The notes under the pieces were generated by a model. That model saw only the letters and a list, made by a program, of their open reading frames with translations. It was not told where the DNA came from and did not search any database. A stretch of DNA of 64,000 bases from Nitrospirota bacterium (GTDB lineage Bacteria; Nitrospirota; UBA9217), in assembly GCA_963840455.1 (NCBI GenBank), contig CAWIYV010000001.1:224001-288000 (forward strand), in the 5' to 3' direction. A program made the position numbers and the translations under genes. Numbering within the stretch: position 1 is the stretch's first letter; each line of letters opens with the position of its first letter. Below, one piece after another: positions 22,189 to 34,126 of the stretch.

Positions 22189-23658
22189 TTACGGTCTCCG
22201 TCCGCCACGGCCGCGCGTATTCGCCGGCTGCTGCCCCGACGGCTTTGGACGAGATCTTTTCTGGCCTCCGGGCCTCAGGCCCGGGGCGTCGACCGGCCCC
22301 CTCTTCCGTGAACCGTACACCTTGCCCCCGAACGCAGGGCGCGCAAAGCGCTTTTCTCCATATACGGGTCCTCTGCCTTCAGCCCTCGCACCCCGAGCGT
22401 CGGGCCGCGTGCGTCCCTGAGCTGGTGACTGCCGGATGGCCGTTCGCGCACGATCACCGGATGGCCGCGCCGGACCTCCTGTTGGTCCTCGCTGTTCGCT
22501 CATGCGTGGCCTCTCGTCTCCCCTGTGTCCGCGGAACGCTGGTTTCCGACTGCTATCCCTCTGAGGCCCGCGATCTGCTGGAGTTCCGCGAACCATCTTG
22601 TCCATTTGATTTCCCTGCCATCGTTCGCCCGGTCCCCGTGCCGGCCCCCCCTCGCCGATCCTAACGGCCCCAAGAGGCTTCGACATCGGCAGAGCTTCCC
22701 GTCGCACCCGTTCAACAGAGGAAGTGCGCCTGACCGACCCATCCTTCACGGAGGTGACATTGCGCACGAGCTGTCCCCGCGACCTTCGTTTTTCCTCCCC
22801 ACGGCCCCACATTCTCGAGTCATCGCGTCCGCTCACCGGTTTCTTCGCGTCACCGGTCTCGCGCCGAACGGCCCTGCTTCGCGCCTCCGCACTCTTCTTC
22901 GGTGCCATGATCCTCGGCACCGGCTGCTTGGCTTCATCCTGCGTGGCCATTTGCCGGAGCCCCTGCACCTCGTCCAGGGTCAGATGGCGATACATGCCGA
23001 CCGGAAGGTCCCCGAGGCTCAGGCTGCCGACCCTGGTCCTCTTGAGCTTGATCACTGAATGGCCGGTATGGTCGATCATGCGACGCACCTGGCGTTTTCT
23101 GCCTTCATGGATCGTGATCTCGACCCAGGAATTCGACTCCTCCTTGCGGAGCTTTCGTACCCGGGCGGGCGCCGTCTTGCCGTCCTTGAGAAAAACGCCT
23201 TGTTCGAGCATCTCGACGTGCCGGTCCTCCAGGAAGCCCTTGACCTTCACCAAGTAGGTCTTGGGCAGTTCATGCTTCGGATGGGTGACGAGGTGAGCAA
23301 GGTCCCCGTCGTTCGTCAGCAGGAGCAGTCCCTCCGTGTCATAGTCGAGCCTGCCCACGGGATAGACACGGACCCTGACGCCCTTCAGGAGATTTGCGAC
23401 GATCGGGCGGCCCTCGGGGTCCGACATGGTCGTAACGAAACCGGCTGGTTTATTCAGCATGATATAGGCCTTGGGCTGTTTCGGATTGATCAGTTTGCCG
23501 TCGACCTTGATGTGGTCCCGGTCAGGGTCGGCCTTGGCGCCAAGCTCCGATATGACCTTGCCGTTCACCCGCACACGCCCCTCGAGGATGATCTCCTCGG
23601 CGGCGCGGCGCGATGCGATACCAGCCGCTGACAGGATCTTCTGGATTCTCTCTTCCAT
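22189..23658 (-). CDS. rluB: rRNA pseudouridine synthase (RluB family) with long low-complexity C-terminal tail
   Basis: S4 domain ERIQKILSAAGIASRR; GRLDYDTEGLLLLTNDG; EGRKRQVRRM. Confidence 0.9.
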   Translation of the reverse strand: MEERIQKILSAAGIASRRAAEEIILEGRVRVNGKVISELGAKADPDRDHIKVDGKLINPKQPKAYIMLNKPAGFVTTMSDPEGRPIVANLLKGVRVRVYPVGRLDYDTEGLLLLTNDGDLAHLVTHPKHELPKTYLVKVKGFLEDRHVEMLEQGVFLKDGKTAPARVRKLRKEESNSWVEITIHEGRKRQVRRMIDHTGHSVIKLKRTRVGSLSLGDLPVGMYRHLTLDEVQGLRQMATQDEAKQPVPRIMAPKKSAEARSRAVRRETGDAKKPVSGRDDSRMWGRGEEKRRSRGQLVRNVTSVKDGSVRRTSSVERVRREALPMSKPLGAVRIGEGGPARGPGERWQGNQMDKMVRGTPADRGPQRDSSRKPAFRGHRGDERPRMSEQRGPTGGPARPSGDRARTAIRQSPAQGRTRPDARGARAEGRGPVYGEKRFARPAFGGKVYGSRKRGPVDAPGLRPGGQKRSRPKPSGQQPANTRGRGGRRP

Positions 23659-23711
23659 GCATTCACCGCAGGGGCGCGGTGCCCGCTCCCCCGTTATCCT
23701 TCCTTGTTTGA

Positions 23712-23812
23712 CAAGCTCCCGGGAATCTTCGATCCAGGGTCCGTATCGCTATTATTCTCATCTCCCGCATTCTCCGCGGCAAACTGCGGGGAATGCGTTC
23801 GCTCCCGGCTTC
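23712..23812. repeat. Degenerate copy of the dispersed double-hairpin repeat
   Basis: gggaatcttcgatcc...ttattctcat...ctgcggggaatgcgttcgctcccgg matches the reverse complement of the 25603-25828 unit. Confidence 0.7.
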
Positions 23813-23996
23813 ATGATCTTCGCTGAGCAAGCCACTCTTTAAGCCGGGGGCATTTGTTCTTCGCGCGATTGTCCTGACAGTCGCCGCAGATGGTCATGTC
23901 GGGGCTGCAGGGCTGGAACCCGTTGTGCCGGGATGCCGGTCCTGCCTGCTTCAGTTTCCCCTCGCGCGCCTTTTGGATGCTGGTCACCTTCGTCAT
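23811..23996 (-). CDS. Small Cys-rich hypothetical protein (61 aa)
   Basis: C-x6-CGDC-x8-C; on the operon strand between guaB and rluB. Confidence 0.5.
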   Translation of the reverse strand: MTKVTSIQKAREGKLKQAGPASRHNGFQPCSPDMTICGDCQDNRAKNKCPRLKEWLAQRRS

Positions 23997-24112
23997 GCTA
24001 TCGGCCCCGGAAACGAACCATGGTTATCACTGATGAAGAAAGGCGGCCACAGCGGGCCGCCCCTCGGTTTTTCCTGAATGATGAACCCTGACCTCCGGCT
24101 CCCGCAGTACCT

Positions 24113-25594
<1,482 letters not shown>

Positions 25595-25602
25595 TTAGCC
25601 CT

Positions 25603-25828
25603 GAATCCAGGAGCGAGCGCATTCCCCGCAGCTTGCTACGGGGTTAGCGAGCGATTAGAATAACAATAGTTCCTTGAGGATCGAAGCTCCATGCCTCTTG
25701 CAGGAGGGAGCTTAAATCCAGGAGCGAGCGCATTCCCCGCAGCTTGCTGCGGGGGTCACCGAGCAATGAGAATAAAAATAGTTCCTTGAGGATCGAAGAT
25801 TCCCTGCGTCTTGCTGCAGGGAGCTTCA
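25603..25828. repeat. Two tandem ~110-bp copies of a double-hairpin MITE/PATE-like repeat
   Basis: atccaggagcgagcgcattccccgcagcttgct(a/g)cgggg...gaataa..atagttccttgaggatcgaag...gggagctt occurs twice. Confidence 0.85.
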
Positions 25829-25966
25829 ATGACCAGATGACGGCTCTTCCCGGCAGCAGGGATGATGCGGCAACACCGTGGCGACAGGAACTCCCCGTGC
25901 TGCTTCCTGGCTGAAATTGAGGGTGTACTGTACCACAAACGTCCGCAAATCTCAAGCGTTCCGTTA

Positions 25967-26731
25967 TCAGAACCCCGATGCGGCGTTGAGGAAAGGGTTC
26001 TCGCGCCGTTCGTCACCAATGGTGGATTGTGGGCCGTGGCCGGAGAGGATGACTGTTTCGTCCGGAAGGGTCATAAGGTGTTCTTTGATGGACGTGATAA
26101 GCATCATGAGGTCCCCGCCCAGGAGGTCGGTCCTGCCAATGGACCCGGCGAAGAGCGCATCCCCGGTGAACACCACGCCGTCCCCAGCCAGGCAGATGCC
26201 GCCCGCCGAATGCCCCGGGGTATAAAGGACCTTGAGCGAGATATCACCCGCCTTGATGATGTCGCCGTGCTTCACGAACCGGTCGGCCTTCGGCGATGAG
26301 GGTGCGGTCATGCCGAACATCCGTGCCTGGTTCGCTGTTCCTCCCAGCAAGACACTGTCGGCCTCGTGGATGAGCAGCTCGGCGCCCGTGGCGTCCTTGA
26401 TCTGTTTGTTGGCGCCCACGTGGTCGAAATGGGCATGGGTGTTCACGATATATCTCACCTTCAGGCCCTTCCCCCTGACGAGGTGCAGGATGTCCTGGGC
26501 ATCGTCGCCCGGATCGATGACGATGGCCTCGTTGGTCTTTTCATCGTACACGATATAGCAATTCACCTGCAGCGGACCGACGACCAGTCTCGATAGTTGC
26601 ATTGGATTGTTCTTCTTTCTCTCGGAATATCGGAATGCCCCGGCCAGGATCGCCGCAGCGGTTAGCATTACCATGACAATCAGAACGACCGGTCGCCATC
26701 GAAGCCATGTTTCAGCGGCGGCATTTCGCAT
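25967..26731 (-). CDS. MBL-fold metallo-hydrolase (glyoxalase II-like); start may be 26602
   Basis: THAHFDHVG, TPGHSAG, TGDALF and GHG motifs. Confidence 0.9.
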   Translation of the reverse strand: MRNAAAETWLRWRPVVLIVMVMLTAAAILAGAFRYSERKKNNPMQLSRLVVGPLQVNCYIVYDEKTNEAIVIDPGDDAQDILHLVRGKGLKVRYIVNTHAHFDHVGANKQIKDATGAELLIHEADSVLLGGTANQARMFGMTAPSSPKADRFVKHGDIIKAGDISLKVLYTPGHSAGGICLAGDGVVFTGDALFAGSIGRTDLLGGDLMMLITSIKEHLMTLPDETVILSGHGPQSTIGDERRENPFLNAASGF

Positions 26732-27239
26732 TTGCTTCCAGGTCCAACAATATTTTCTTCATCCCCCGTCCTCCGGAAAACCCGCCCAGCGTACCTGCTG
26801 AGCTGATGACCCGGTGTCACGGGATCAGGATTGGGACCGGATTCGCACCCATTGCCTGGCCAACTGCCCGGGCCGCTTTCGGTCTTCCGATCCGCTTCGC
26901 GATCCAGGCATAGCTCCGTGTTTCTCCGTACGGGATTGACGCTGCTGCCTTCCATACCGCCCGTTGGAAGGGCGTATAATAACTCAGGTCGAGCGGCAGA
27001 TCAAATGATACACGTTTGCCCGAAAAGTACTGTTGCATGAGCTTTACCGTTCTCTTGATCTCACGGTCAGTTGATCGCGACGCTGCTGCCTTCGATACTG
27101 CGACTTTCACCTTTGCCAGTGCCAGTTCGTTCTTAACGGTCTTCTGAGAACCCCGGGGAAGAACGATCCTGCATATCCCCTTCTCATAAATGCCTGCTCC
27201 GGCCCAACCGAGCGGAGTGGAAAATATCGTCTTTTTCAT
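26712..27239 (-). CDS. ogt: Methylated-DNA-protein-cysteine methyltransferase, predicted selenoprotein (UGA at 26817-26819)
   Basis: IPYGETRSY, RAVGQAMGANP; active site reads IP-TGA-HRV instead of PCHRV; frame continues ISSAGTLGGFSGGRGMKKILLDLE to a stop at 26712. Confidence 0.88.
26784..26803 (-). promoter_or_regulatory. Putative bacterial SECIS element
   Basis: GCUCAGC-AGGUAC-GCUGGGC hairpin starting 13 nt 3' of the in-frame UGA; G near the start of the apical loop. Confidence 0.7.
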
Positions 27240-27240
27240 T

Positions 27241-27310
27241 TCACGCACCTCCCGCACTCTCACCTTTGTCCCTTTGTCCCCTTGTCACCGTGTCTCCCCG
27301 TCACCGCGTC
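27241..27310. repeat. Degenerate octamer tandem repeat at the murJ 3' end / ogt junction
   Basis: cctttgtc cctttgtc cccttgtc accgtgtc tccccgtc accgcgtc. Confidence 0.65.
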
Positions 27311-28877
27311 TGCCTTTTCGCCTCGCCATCCCCCACAGGAACCTGAGCTCCTCGCTCCGCAGAAGCCACATGGCGACGAGATAGAAGAGCACGCTCACGG
27401 TCACGCCGAAGCCGAGCCACTTGACCTTGTAGAGCGTATTGCCCGGCGAATCCCACACCGGCTTCAGGCTGACCCACCAGCCGATGGCGCCCATGATGAT
27501 GGATGCTGGCACGATCTTGAGCAGGGATATAAAGATCCTCCTTCCGTCCATGCGCCCGATCTTCTTCCGGAGCCGCTTTGTGAGCAGGCCGAGGTTCAGC
27601 ATTGCCGCGAGCGACGTTGCGAGCGCCAGGCCTCCGTGCTGCAGCGGCGTCTGGATGAAGAAGACGCTGAGCACCATGTTCGTGGCCAGGGCGAGCAGGG
27701 CGATACGGACCGGCGTCCTCGTGTCCTGGAGCGAGTAGAACGCCTGGGACACGACCCGCACCCCGGCAAAGGCCCAGAGACCGAGGGCGTAGTACAGGAG
27801 CGCGGACGCCGTGCCGATGGTGGAGAGATGGTTGAACTCGCCGTGCTGCAGCAGGAGGTTCACGATGGGGACGCGGAGCATGATGAGGCCCGCCATGGCC
27901 GGGAACATGACGAAGAAGACCAGGCGTATGCCGAGCGACAAGGTCTCGCGGAACTGCTCCATCTCCTGCCTGGCCGCCTGGGCAGACAGCGTGGGCAGCA
28001 CGGCCGTCGCGATGGCGACGCCGAAGATCCCGAGCGGAAAGTGGATGAAACGCATGCCGTAGAACAGAAAGGTGATGCTGCCCGTGGCGAGGAACGATGC
28101 CAGAATGGTGCTGACGAAGATATTGAGCTGGGTTACTGAAGAGCTGAGGAACACCGGAAGGGCCAGCGCCCCGATCTTCCGGACGCCCGGATGGCTCGGC
28201 GAGAACCGGGGTGTGAGCATCATCCCCTGCCTGTGCAGACCGGGGAGCTGGATAAGGAACTGGAAGAGCCCGCCGAGCACCACGCCGACGGCTGCGCCCA
28301 TGATGGGCTCGGGCATGTGCGGCGAGAGCAGCACCACGGAACCGATGGTCATCACGTTCAGCATCACCGGCGACAGCGCCGGGAACAGGAAGGAGCGGAG
28401 GGAGTTCAACATGCCCATGGCCAGCGCGGCCAGGCCGATGAACAGGAGGTACGGGAACATCATCCGCGTGAGCGACGCCGCCATCAGGAACTTATCGCGC
28501 TGCGTCTCGAACTTCCAGCCCCAGGCAATGATCTTCACGATGTAGGGCGCAAAGATGATGCCGAGGCCCGTGACGATGACCAGGATGACCAGGAGCCGCG
28601 CGAAGACCGCGTTGGCGAGGCGCCGCGCATCCTCCTTTGATCCCTTCGTCAATGTCTCGGTGAAGACCGGGATGAAAGCCGCGGACATGGACCCCTCGGC
28701 CAGCAGTTCGCGGAGGAGGTTCGGGATCCGGTAGGCTACATAAAAGGCGTCGGCGGCCGCGGTAGTGCCGAAGGCCCAGGACATCACCATGTCGCGGACA
28801 TACCCCATGACCCGGGAGGCGAGCGTCGCAGCGCCTACCACGCCAGCCGCCTTTGCAACTTTTATGTTCTCAGACAT
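27285..28877 (-). CDS. murJ: Lipid II flippase MurJ (MviN)
   Basis: SRVMGYVRD, RIPNLLRELLAEG and AFIPVF motifs; many TM helices. Confidence 0.96.
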   Translation of the reverse strand: MSENIKVAKAAGVVGAATLASRVMGYVRDMVMSWAFGTTAAADAFYVAYRIPNLLRELLAEGSMSAAFIPVFTETLTKGSKEDARRLANAVFARLLVILVIVTGLGIIFAPYIVKIIAWGWKFETQRDKFLMAASLTRMMFPYLLFIGLAALAMGMLNSLRSFLFPALSPVMLNVMTIGSVVLLSPHMPEPIMGAAVGVVLGGLFQFLIQLPGLHRQGMMLTPRFSPSHPGVRKIGALALPVFLSSSVTQLNIFVSTILASFLATGSITFLFYGMRFIHFPLGIFGVAIATAVLPTLSAQAARQEMEQFRETLSLGIRLVFFVMFPAMAGLIMLRVPIVNLLLQHGEFNHLSTIGTASALLYYALGLWAFAGVRVVSQAFYSLQDTRTPVRIALLALATNMVLSVFFIQTPLQHGGLALATSLAAMLNLGLLTKRLRKKIGRMDGRRIFISLLKIVPASIIMGAIGWWVSLKPVWDSPGNTLYKVKWLGFGVTVSVLFYLVAMWLLRSEELRFLWGMARRKGRRGDGETR

Positions 28878-28954
28878 AATCGATCACCGTTATCGTCGAA
28901 TGCCGGGGCCCGCTACCGGATTACCCGATGTTCATTCGCCACCTGCGTCCCCTT

Positions 28955-29002
28955 GAAGCTCCCTGCAGCAAGCTGCGGGAATTGCGCTCTCTCCTGGATT
29001 CG
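28955..29002. repeat. Partial copy of the double-hairpin repeat
   Basis: gaagctccctgcagcaagctgcgggaattgcgctctctcctggattc. Confidence 0.7.
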
Positions 29003-29171
29003 TACGATCCGTATCAGGTTTGGGGGGACATCGACAGGACCTGACGCACTCTAACAAAAAAATACTCTCCTGAAAAGGGTTTGTTTCGGCGCCATACCCG
29101 TTTTTTCCCTTGACAGTAAGCTGTTGTTTATGTTAAAAAGACACCCTGTTTAACAATAAAGGAGGAGTACC

Positions 29172-29441
29172 GTGGCATCACACAAGTCCGCGATCAAGAG
29201 GCAAAAGCAGGCCCTGAAGAAACAGGAGAAGAACAAGTCTGTAAAATCCATGCTCAAGACTCTTGCCAAGAAGGTCGAGCAGGCCGTCGAGGCGAAGAGC
29301 GCCGATTCCGCAAAGGACGCCCTGGTCAAGGCCATGAAGGCCTATGACAAGGCTGCCTCGGCCGGCATCATCCACCGGACAACCGCCTCCCGCAAGATCT
29401 CCCGCCTGTCCACCAAGGTCGGCAAGATCGGCGCAGCGTAG
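29172..29441 (+). CDS. rpsT: 30S ribosomal protein S20
   Basis: HKSAIKR...IIHRTTASRKISRL; SD AAGGAGG and GTG start. Confidence 0.96.
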   Translation: MASHKSAIKRQKQALKKQEKNKSVKSMLKTLAKKVEQAVEAKSADSAKDALVKAMKAYDKAASAGIIHRTTASRKISRLSTKVGKIGAA

Positions 29442-29473
29442 TTTTTCGGAATCTCCAACGTACTGAAACCAGA

Positions 29474-29512
29474 AACGCCCTCATGACCATGCATGGGGGC
29501 GTTATTTTTTTC
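29474..29512 (+). terminator. Terminator after rpsT
   Basis: AACGCCCTCATG...CATGGGGGCGTT followed by a T run. Confidence 0.7.
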
Positions 29513-29527
29513 CCGCCGTACGCGGCC

Positions 29528-30532
29528 TCATGTTCCGCAAATCCGCAGGATCATCCTCTCCAGCACCAGCCGCCCGCTCAATCCGCTTGACTTGAGCCCT
29601 CTGTCCGTGTTCAGCAGGACCTCGAACACCTTTTCCAACTCCATCAGGGAGTAGCTCCGCACCTGATCCTTGAACGCTGCCGCCTGGTGGAAGATCACCG
29701 GCGGTCTGAGCTTCTTCATGCCTTCGTCAAGCCCCACCCCTGAGGACTCCATAGCCTTTACCTGCATGAGCCTCCTGAAGTTCCAGCCGATGGCACCGAG
29801 GAGACCAATAGGGGATCCACCCTCCTGGATGAGACGGGAAAGGATCAGGAAGGCCAACGCAGGGTCTTTCTTGCCCAGGGCGGCGGCCAGGTCAAAGGAT
29901 GAGTATTCCCGGAAGTTCCCCACTACCGTCTTCACGTCGTTGTAGGTGATTTTCTTCCGTTCCTTGATGGAGATGATCGTCTTCTCGAGCTCGTTCGCGA
30001 TGGTCTGAAGGTCGTTCCCCAGGGTCTGCCACACATAGAGCACGGCGTCGCGCTGGATGGACAGGCCGCGCTCCCGGCACCAGTTCTCAATCCAGCTGGC
30101 CATATCGCGGTCCAGAATCGCGTAGAACCGGACTACGGCCCCTATTGCCTCTACTGCGGCAATGAACGCTTTTTTCTCGAACTTTGACTGGTTCGAAATC
30201 AACACAAGGCAGGTGCTCGGCGAGGGGGACTGGAAGTAGGCGATGAGCTCGTCAAGGTCCGCGGCCTTTAACGCGTCGATCTCTTTTGCGACGATCAGTC
30301 GCCTCTGAGCCAGGAACGGAATGGTCTGGGCAAGGTTCACGATCTCGTTCCCCGACGTCTCCTTGCAGTATACCGTGTCGTAGGTGAAATCCCGGGAGGC
30401 AGGGTCAACGACTTTGCTGACGATCAGGTCGAGCGCCTCCTGGACCAAAAAAGGCTCTTCGCCGAATAACAGGTAAACGGGCTTGATCGTGCCCTGTTTG
30501 AGGCTGCGCATCAGGTCTTCAGATTTGATCAT
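29528..30532 (-). CDS. holA: DNA polymerase III delta subunit
   Basis: PVYLLFGEE, PFLAQRRLIV and ELEK motifs; leuS-lptE-holA synteny. Confidence 0.92.
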   Translation of the reverse strand: MIKSEDLMRSLKQGTIKPVYLLFGEEPFLVQEALDLIVSKVVDPASRDFTYDTVYCKETSGNEIVNLAQTIPFLAQRRLIVAKEIDALKAADLDELIAYFQSPSPSTCLVLISNQSKFEKKAFIAAVEAIGAVVRFYAILDRDMASWIENWCRERGLSIQRDAVLYVWQTLGNDLQTIANELEKTIISIKERKKITYNDVKTVVGNFREYSSFDLAAALGKKDPALAFLILSRLIQEGGSPIGLLGAIGWNFRRLMQVKAMESSGVGLDEGMKKLRPPVIFHQAAAFKDQVRSYSLMELEKVFEVLLNTDRGLKSSGLSGRLVLERMILRICGT

Positions 30533-30598
30533 GGGAGAGTCCTGAGATACTTCGTGGCACGGGCCAAGGTCCGAGAAAAACATCAGGGGAAATCGTTT

Positions 30599-30637
30599 AA
30601 CAGTGAACCTTAAACCTTGAACGGTGGACCATGAACC
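30599..30637. repeat. Degenerate heptamer tandem repeat between lptE and holA
   Basis: aacagtg aacctta aaccttg aacggtg gaccatg aacc. Confidence 0.65.
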
Positions 30638-30640
30638 ACA

Positions 30641-31168
30641 TTAAAATCCTTCCAACACCCTGCTCCGGAGGGTCCAGGCGATATCCTGGCTCGCCTTCTT
30701 GATGGCGGCTTCTTTGGCGATCTTGGTGACGGTGATATCGCCAATGGTCACCTTGTAGTCAGAGATAAACACTGCCTCGATACCGTTCTCTTTCCACAGG
30801 GTCTTCTTCGATCTGAGGTCGTCGAGGCTTGCGTCCACCACCAGACGGACCCGGTACTGCTGGGCAAAGGAGTCCGCCGTAAAGGACAGGGCCGTGACCT
30901 CGTACTTCACGACCTTCCCCCGCAGCACGAGATCAGCCGACTCCACGTCAGCTACCCGCAGCCTGCCATCGGCAATGAACTCGTCAGCGACCGCCTTGGT
31001 CAATTCCACATCGACGTAGGGCTCATTGGTATTGTTGATGAACCCGGGGACCGCGATGGTCTTCGTTCCCTCGGGGATCAGGAGCCCGGTCCCCGATATC
31101 CGGTAGCCGCAGGAGGACACAACGACAAGTGACGCGAACAGCATGACGATGATGGTCTTGTTCCGCAT
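30641..31168 (-). CDS. lptE: LPS assembly lipoprotein LptE
   Basis: Lipobox VSSCGY; position between leuS and holA. Confidence 0.88.
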   Translation of the reverse strand: MRNKTIIVMLFASLVVVSSCGYRISGTGLLIPEGTKTIAVPGFINNTNEPYVDVELTKAVADEFIADGRLRVADVESADLVLRGKVVKYEVTALSFTADSFAQQYRVRLVVDASLDDLRSKKTLWKENGIEAVFISDYKVTIGDITVTKIAKEAAIKKASQDIAWTLRSRVLEGF

Positions 31169-31193
31169 TCCACGCTCCGCACTCCGCATAAAT

Positions 31194-33668
31194 TTACACG
31201 ACTACGCTCACCAGTTTCCCCTGCACCACGATCACCTTCTTCGGCGTCTTCCCGGCAAGATGTTCCTTCACCTTGGGGTCGGCAAGTGCCGCGGTCTCGA
31301 TATCCTTGTCGGACGTGCCCGCAGGCAGCGTAAGCTTGCTCCGCACCTTGCCGTTCACCTGGACCACGATCGTTATCTCTGTTGCCACGATCGCTTCCGG
31401 ATCGTGGACAGGCCACCCTGCGTTCGCAATGCTGGTATCGTTGCCCAGCGCCTCCCAGAGCTCTTCTGCAAAATGCGGGGCAAAAGGCGCTATCAGCAGC
31501 GTCAGCGCATCAACGGCCGACCGGAGCACGGGAGCCTGTTTGTTGGGGCTGAACGATCCCGACGTATAGTCGTACATTTCGTTCACCATCTCCATGAGCG
31601 CGGCTATGGCCGTGTTGAAATGAAACTCCCGCTCGATGTCCTCGGTCACCTTCTTGATGGTCAGGTGGGTCTTGCGGTACAGGGGGTCGCCCTTCGACTC
31701 AGGACCGGCCGGTTTGACATTCCGGATGTCCTGACTGAACTTGTACACGATCGCCCAGATACGGTGGAGAAACCGGTATGCCCCATCCACGCCCTGGTCG
31801 TTCCATTCAAGGTCGCGCTCCGGCGGCGCGGCAAAGAGCGAGAAGAGGCGCGCCGTGTCGGCGCCGTACTTCGTGATGATGAAGTCCGGGTCAACTACGT
31901 TGCCCTTGGACTTGCTCATCTTGGCGCCGTCCTTGATCACCATGCCCTGGGTCAGGAGGTTCTGGAACGGCTCGTCACCGTCGAACAGGCCGAGGTCCCG
32001 GACCACCTTGGTGAAGAACCGCGCGTAGAGCAGGTGCAGGACCGCGTGCTCGATGCCGCCGATGTACTGGTCCACGCTCATCCAGTAGCCTGCCGCTTTC
32101 TTGTCGAAGGGCGCCAACCTGTGCTTCGGCGAGCAGTAGCGCAGAAAATACCACGACGAGTCCACGAAGGTGTCCATCGTGTCGGTCTCGCGGCGCGCTT
32201 TCCCTCCGCACGTCGGGCAGACGGTCTCCCGGAACACCCTTGATTCGGCCAGCGGGGAAAGCCCCTTGCCGGTGAACTCAATGTCCATGGGAAGCCGTAC
32301 GGGCAGGTCCTTCTCCGGCACCGGCACGGTGCCGCACGTTTCGCAATAGACGACCGGGATCGGCGTGCCCCAGTACCGCTGCCGCGAGATGCCCCAGTCG
32401 CGGAGCCGCCAGTTCACCGTGCGTTTGCCCATGTTCTTCTGCTCAACGTACTGGGCCACCGTGGCCTTGCCCTTGATATTCGGCGTCCCGTCAAAAGTCC
32501 CTGAACCGGCCATGTCACCTTCTTCTACGTACGCCTGCTTCATGGTCGCCGCATCAAGGTCCTTGTTCGCGTTCTGGATCACCACGCGGACCGGGAGGCC
32601 GTACTTCTTCGCGAACTCGAAGTCCCGCTGGTCGTGGGCCGGAACGGACATGATGGCGCCGGTGCCGTAGTCCATGAGCACGAAATTGCCGACCCAGACC
32701 GGGACCCTCTCGCTGTTGAGCGGATTGACGGCGTAGGCCCCGGTGAAGATGCCCTCTTTCTCCCGGCTCTCGTCCGTGCGCTCCGCCTTGTCCTCGCGCA
32801 TCACCCGCTGGCAGAAGGCGCGGACCTCCGCGGCCTGCGGCTTTCCTTGTATGAGGGTCTCTACCATGGGGTGCTCAGGCGCGATGCTCATGAACGTGAC
32901 GCCATACAGCGTGTCCGGCCGGGTCGTGAAGATCGTGAGCTTTTCGCCGGACCGCTCCACGATGAAGTCAACTTCCACGCCTATGGACTTCCCAATCCAG
33001 TTCCGCTGCATGGTGAGGACGCGCTCGGGCCATCCCGGGAGCTTGTCGCAGAATGCCAGCAGTTCCTCGGCATAGGCGGTGATCTTGAAGAACCACTGCT
33101 CCAGTTCGCGGTGCGTCACAACGGAACCGCAGCGCCAGCAATGGCCGTCCTCCACCTGCTCGTTGGCGAGCACCGTGTTGCACGACGGACACCAGTTCAC
33201 GTAGGAAAGCTTCTTATAGGCCAGGCCCTTCTCGAGCATTTTCAGGAAGAACCACTGGTTCCATCGGTAGTAGTCCTCGAGGCAGGTGGTCACTTCGCGG
33301 TCCCAGTCGTAGGAGAGGCCCATGCGCTTGAGCTGCTTGTCGCGCATGAAGGCGATATTCTCGAGGGTCCATTTCGAAGGATGAATGCCGTGTTTGATGG
33401 CCGCGTTCTCCGCCGGCAGGCCGAAGGAGTCCCAGCCCATGGGATGCAGCACGTTGAACCCGCGCATCCGCTTGTACCGCGACACCACGTCGCCGATCGA
33501 ATAGTTCCGCACGTGGCCCATGTGGATCCTGCCCGAGGGATAGGGGAACATCTCGAGGCAGTAGTACTTGGGTTTCGACGCGTCTTCCGCCACGGCGAAG
33601 GTCCGGCTCTCCGCCCACCGCTGCTGCCAGCGTTCTTCCACGTTCTTCGGATCATAACGCTCTTCCAA
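31194..33668 (-). CDS. leuS: Leucine-tRNA ligase
   Basis: [13 protein letters not shown] (HIGH) and KMSKS motifs; TTG start after SD GGAGG. Confidence 0.97.
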   Translation of the reverse strand: MEERYDPKNVEERWQQRWAESRTFAVAEDASKPKYYCLEMFPYPSGRIHMGHVRNYSIGDVVSRYKRMRGFNVLHPMGWDSFGLPAENAAIKHGIHPSKWTLENIAFMRDKQLKRMGLSYDWDREVTTCLEDYYRWNQWFFLKMLEKGLAYKKLSYVNWCPSCNTVLANEQVEDGHCWRCGSVVTHRELEQWFFKITAYAEELLAFCDKLPGWPERVLTMQRNWIGKSIGVEVDFIVERSGEKLTIFTTRPDTLYGVTFMSIAPEHPMVETLIQGKPQAAEVRAFCQRVMREDKAERTDESREKEGIFTGAYAVNPLNSERVPVWVGNFVLMDYGTGAIMSVPAHDQRDFEFAKKYGLPVRVVIQNANKDLDAATMKQAYVEEGDMAGSGTFDGTPNIKGKATVAQYVEQKNMGKRTVNWRLRDWGISRQRYWGTPIPVVYCETCGTVPVPEKDLPVRLPMDIEFTGKGLSPLAESRVFRETVCPTCGGKARRETDTMDTFVDSSWYFLRYCSPKHRLAPFDKKAAGYWMSVDQYIGGIEHAVLHLLYARFFTKVVRDLGLFDGDEPFQNLLTQGMVIKDGAKMSKSKGNVVDPDFIITKYGADTARLFSLFAAPPERDLEWNDQGVDGAYRFLHRIWAIVYKFSQDIRNVKPAGPESKGDPLYRKTHLTIKKVTEDIEREFHFNTAIAALMEMVNEMYDYTSGSFSPNKQAPVLRSAVDALTLLIAPFAPHFAEELWEALGNDTSIANAGWPVHDPEAIVATEITIVVQVNGKVRSKLTLPAGTSDKDIETAALADPKVKEHLAGKTPKKVIVVQGKLVSVVV

Positions 33669-33681
33669 AAGTCCTCCAAAA

Positions 33682-33726
33682 CATTGCAAATTGCAAAGTG
33701 TAAATTGTGAATATCAAATTGAAAAT
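33682..33726. repeat. Heptamer repeat arm downstream of the four-helix-bundle gene
   Basis: attgcaa attgcaa agtgtaa attgtga atatcaa attgaaa; inverted relative to the arms at 34168-34464. Confidence 0.8.
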
Positions 33727-33752
33727 CTACTCTTCGTCAAGGTATTACAAAG

Positions 33753-34112
33753 CTATTTTTGCTTTTTGGCGGTAACGACTGACTTTGCAATGATATTGCT
33801 CAACTGACGGGTCTCGCCGATCATACTTGCGACGTTATGCTCCTTCATGATCTGTGCTTTATCGATCAGTCTGAGCCAAAATAGTGATTCGCGTAATTCT
33901 TTGAGAACGATCTGAAGCTTGTGAAGAAAATCCGCCCTGCTCTGAGCGCCTCGTGCTTCTTCGTAGTTCGCCCCTGACGACGTGCCCGAGCGTAACAGTT
34001 GGCCTGCGATCTCCCGCCCTGTTGCTGTCTTTCTCAGCAACGTGGTGATCCTCACGACTTCCGCCGCATACGATAAAAAGCGCTCTGAAAGCTGATCCGC
34101 CTTGCTATCCAT
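33753..34112 (-). CDS. Four-helix-bundle protein (TIGR02436 / 23S rRNA IVS-encoded / bAvd-like family)
   Basis: QLLRSGTSSGANYEEARGAQSRADFLHKLQIVLKELRESLFWL family signature. Confidence 0.93.
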   Translation of the reverse strand: MDSKADQLSERFLSYAAEVVRITTLLRKTATGREIAGQLLRSGTSSGANYEEARGAQSRADFLHKLQIVLKELRESLFWLRLIDKAQIMKEHNVASMIGETRQLSNIIAKSVVTAKKQK

Positions 34113-34126
34113 TTACCTTTTCCAAT

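Noticed and set aside
25644-26019. ORFs 25644..25955 and 25756..26019
   Set aside because: They are translations of the tandem double-hairpin repeat, not genes.
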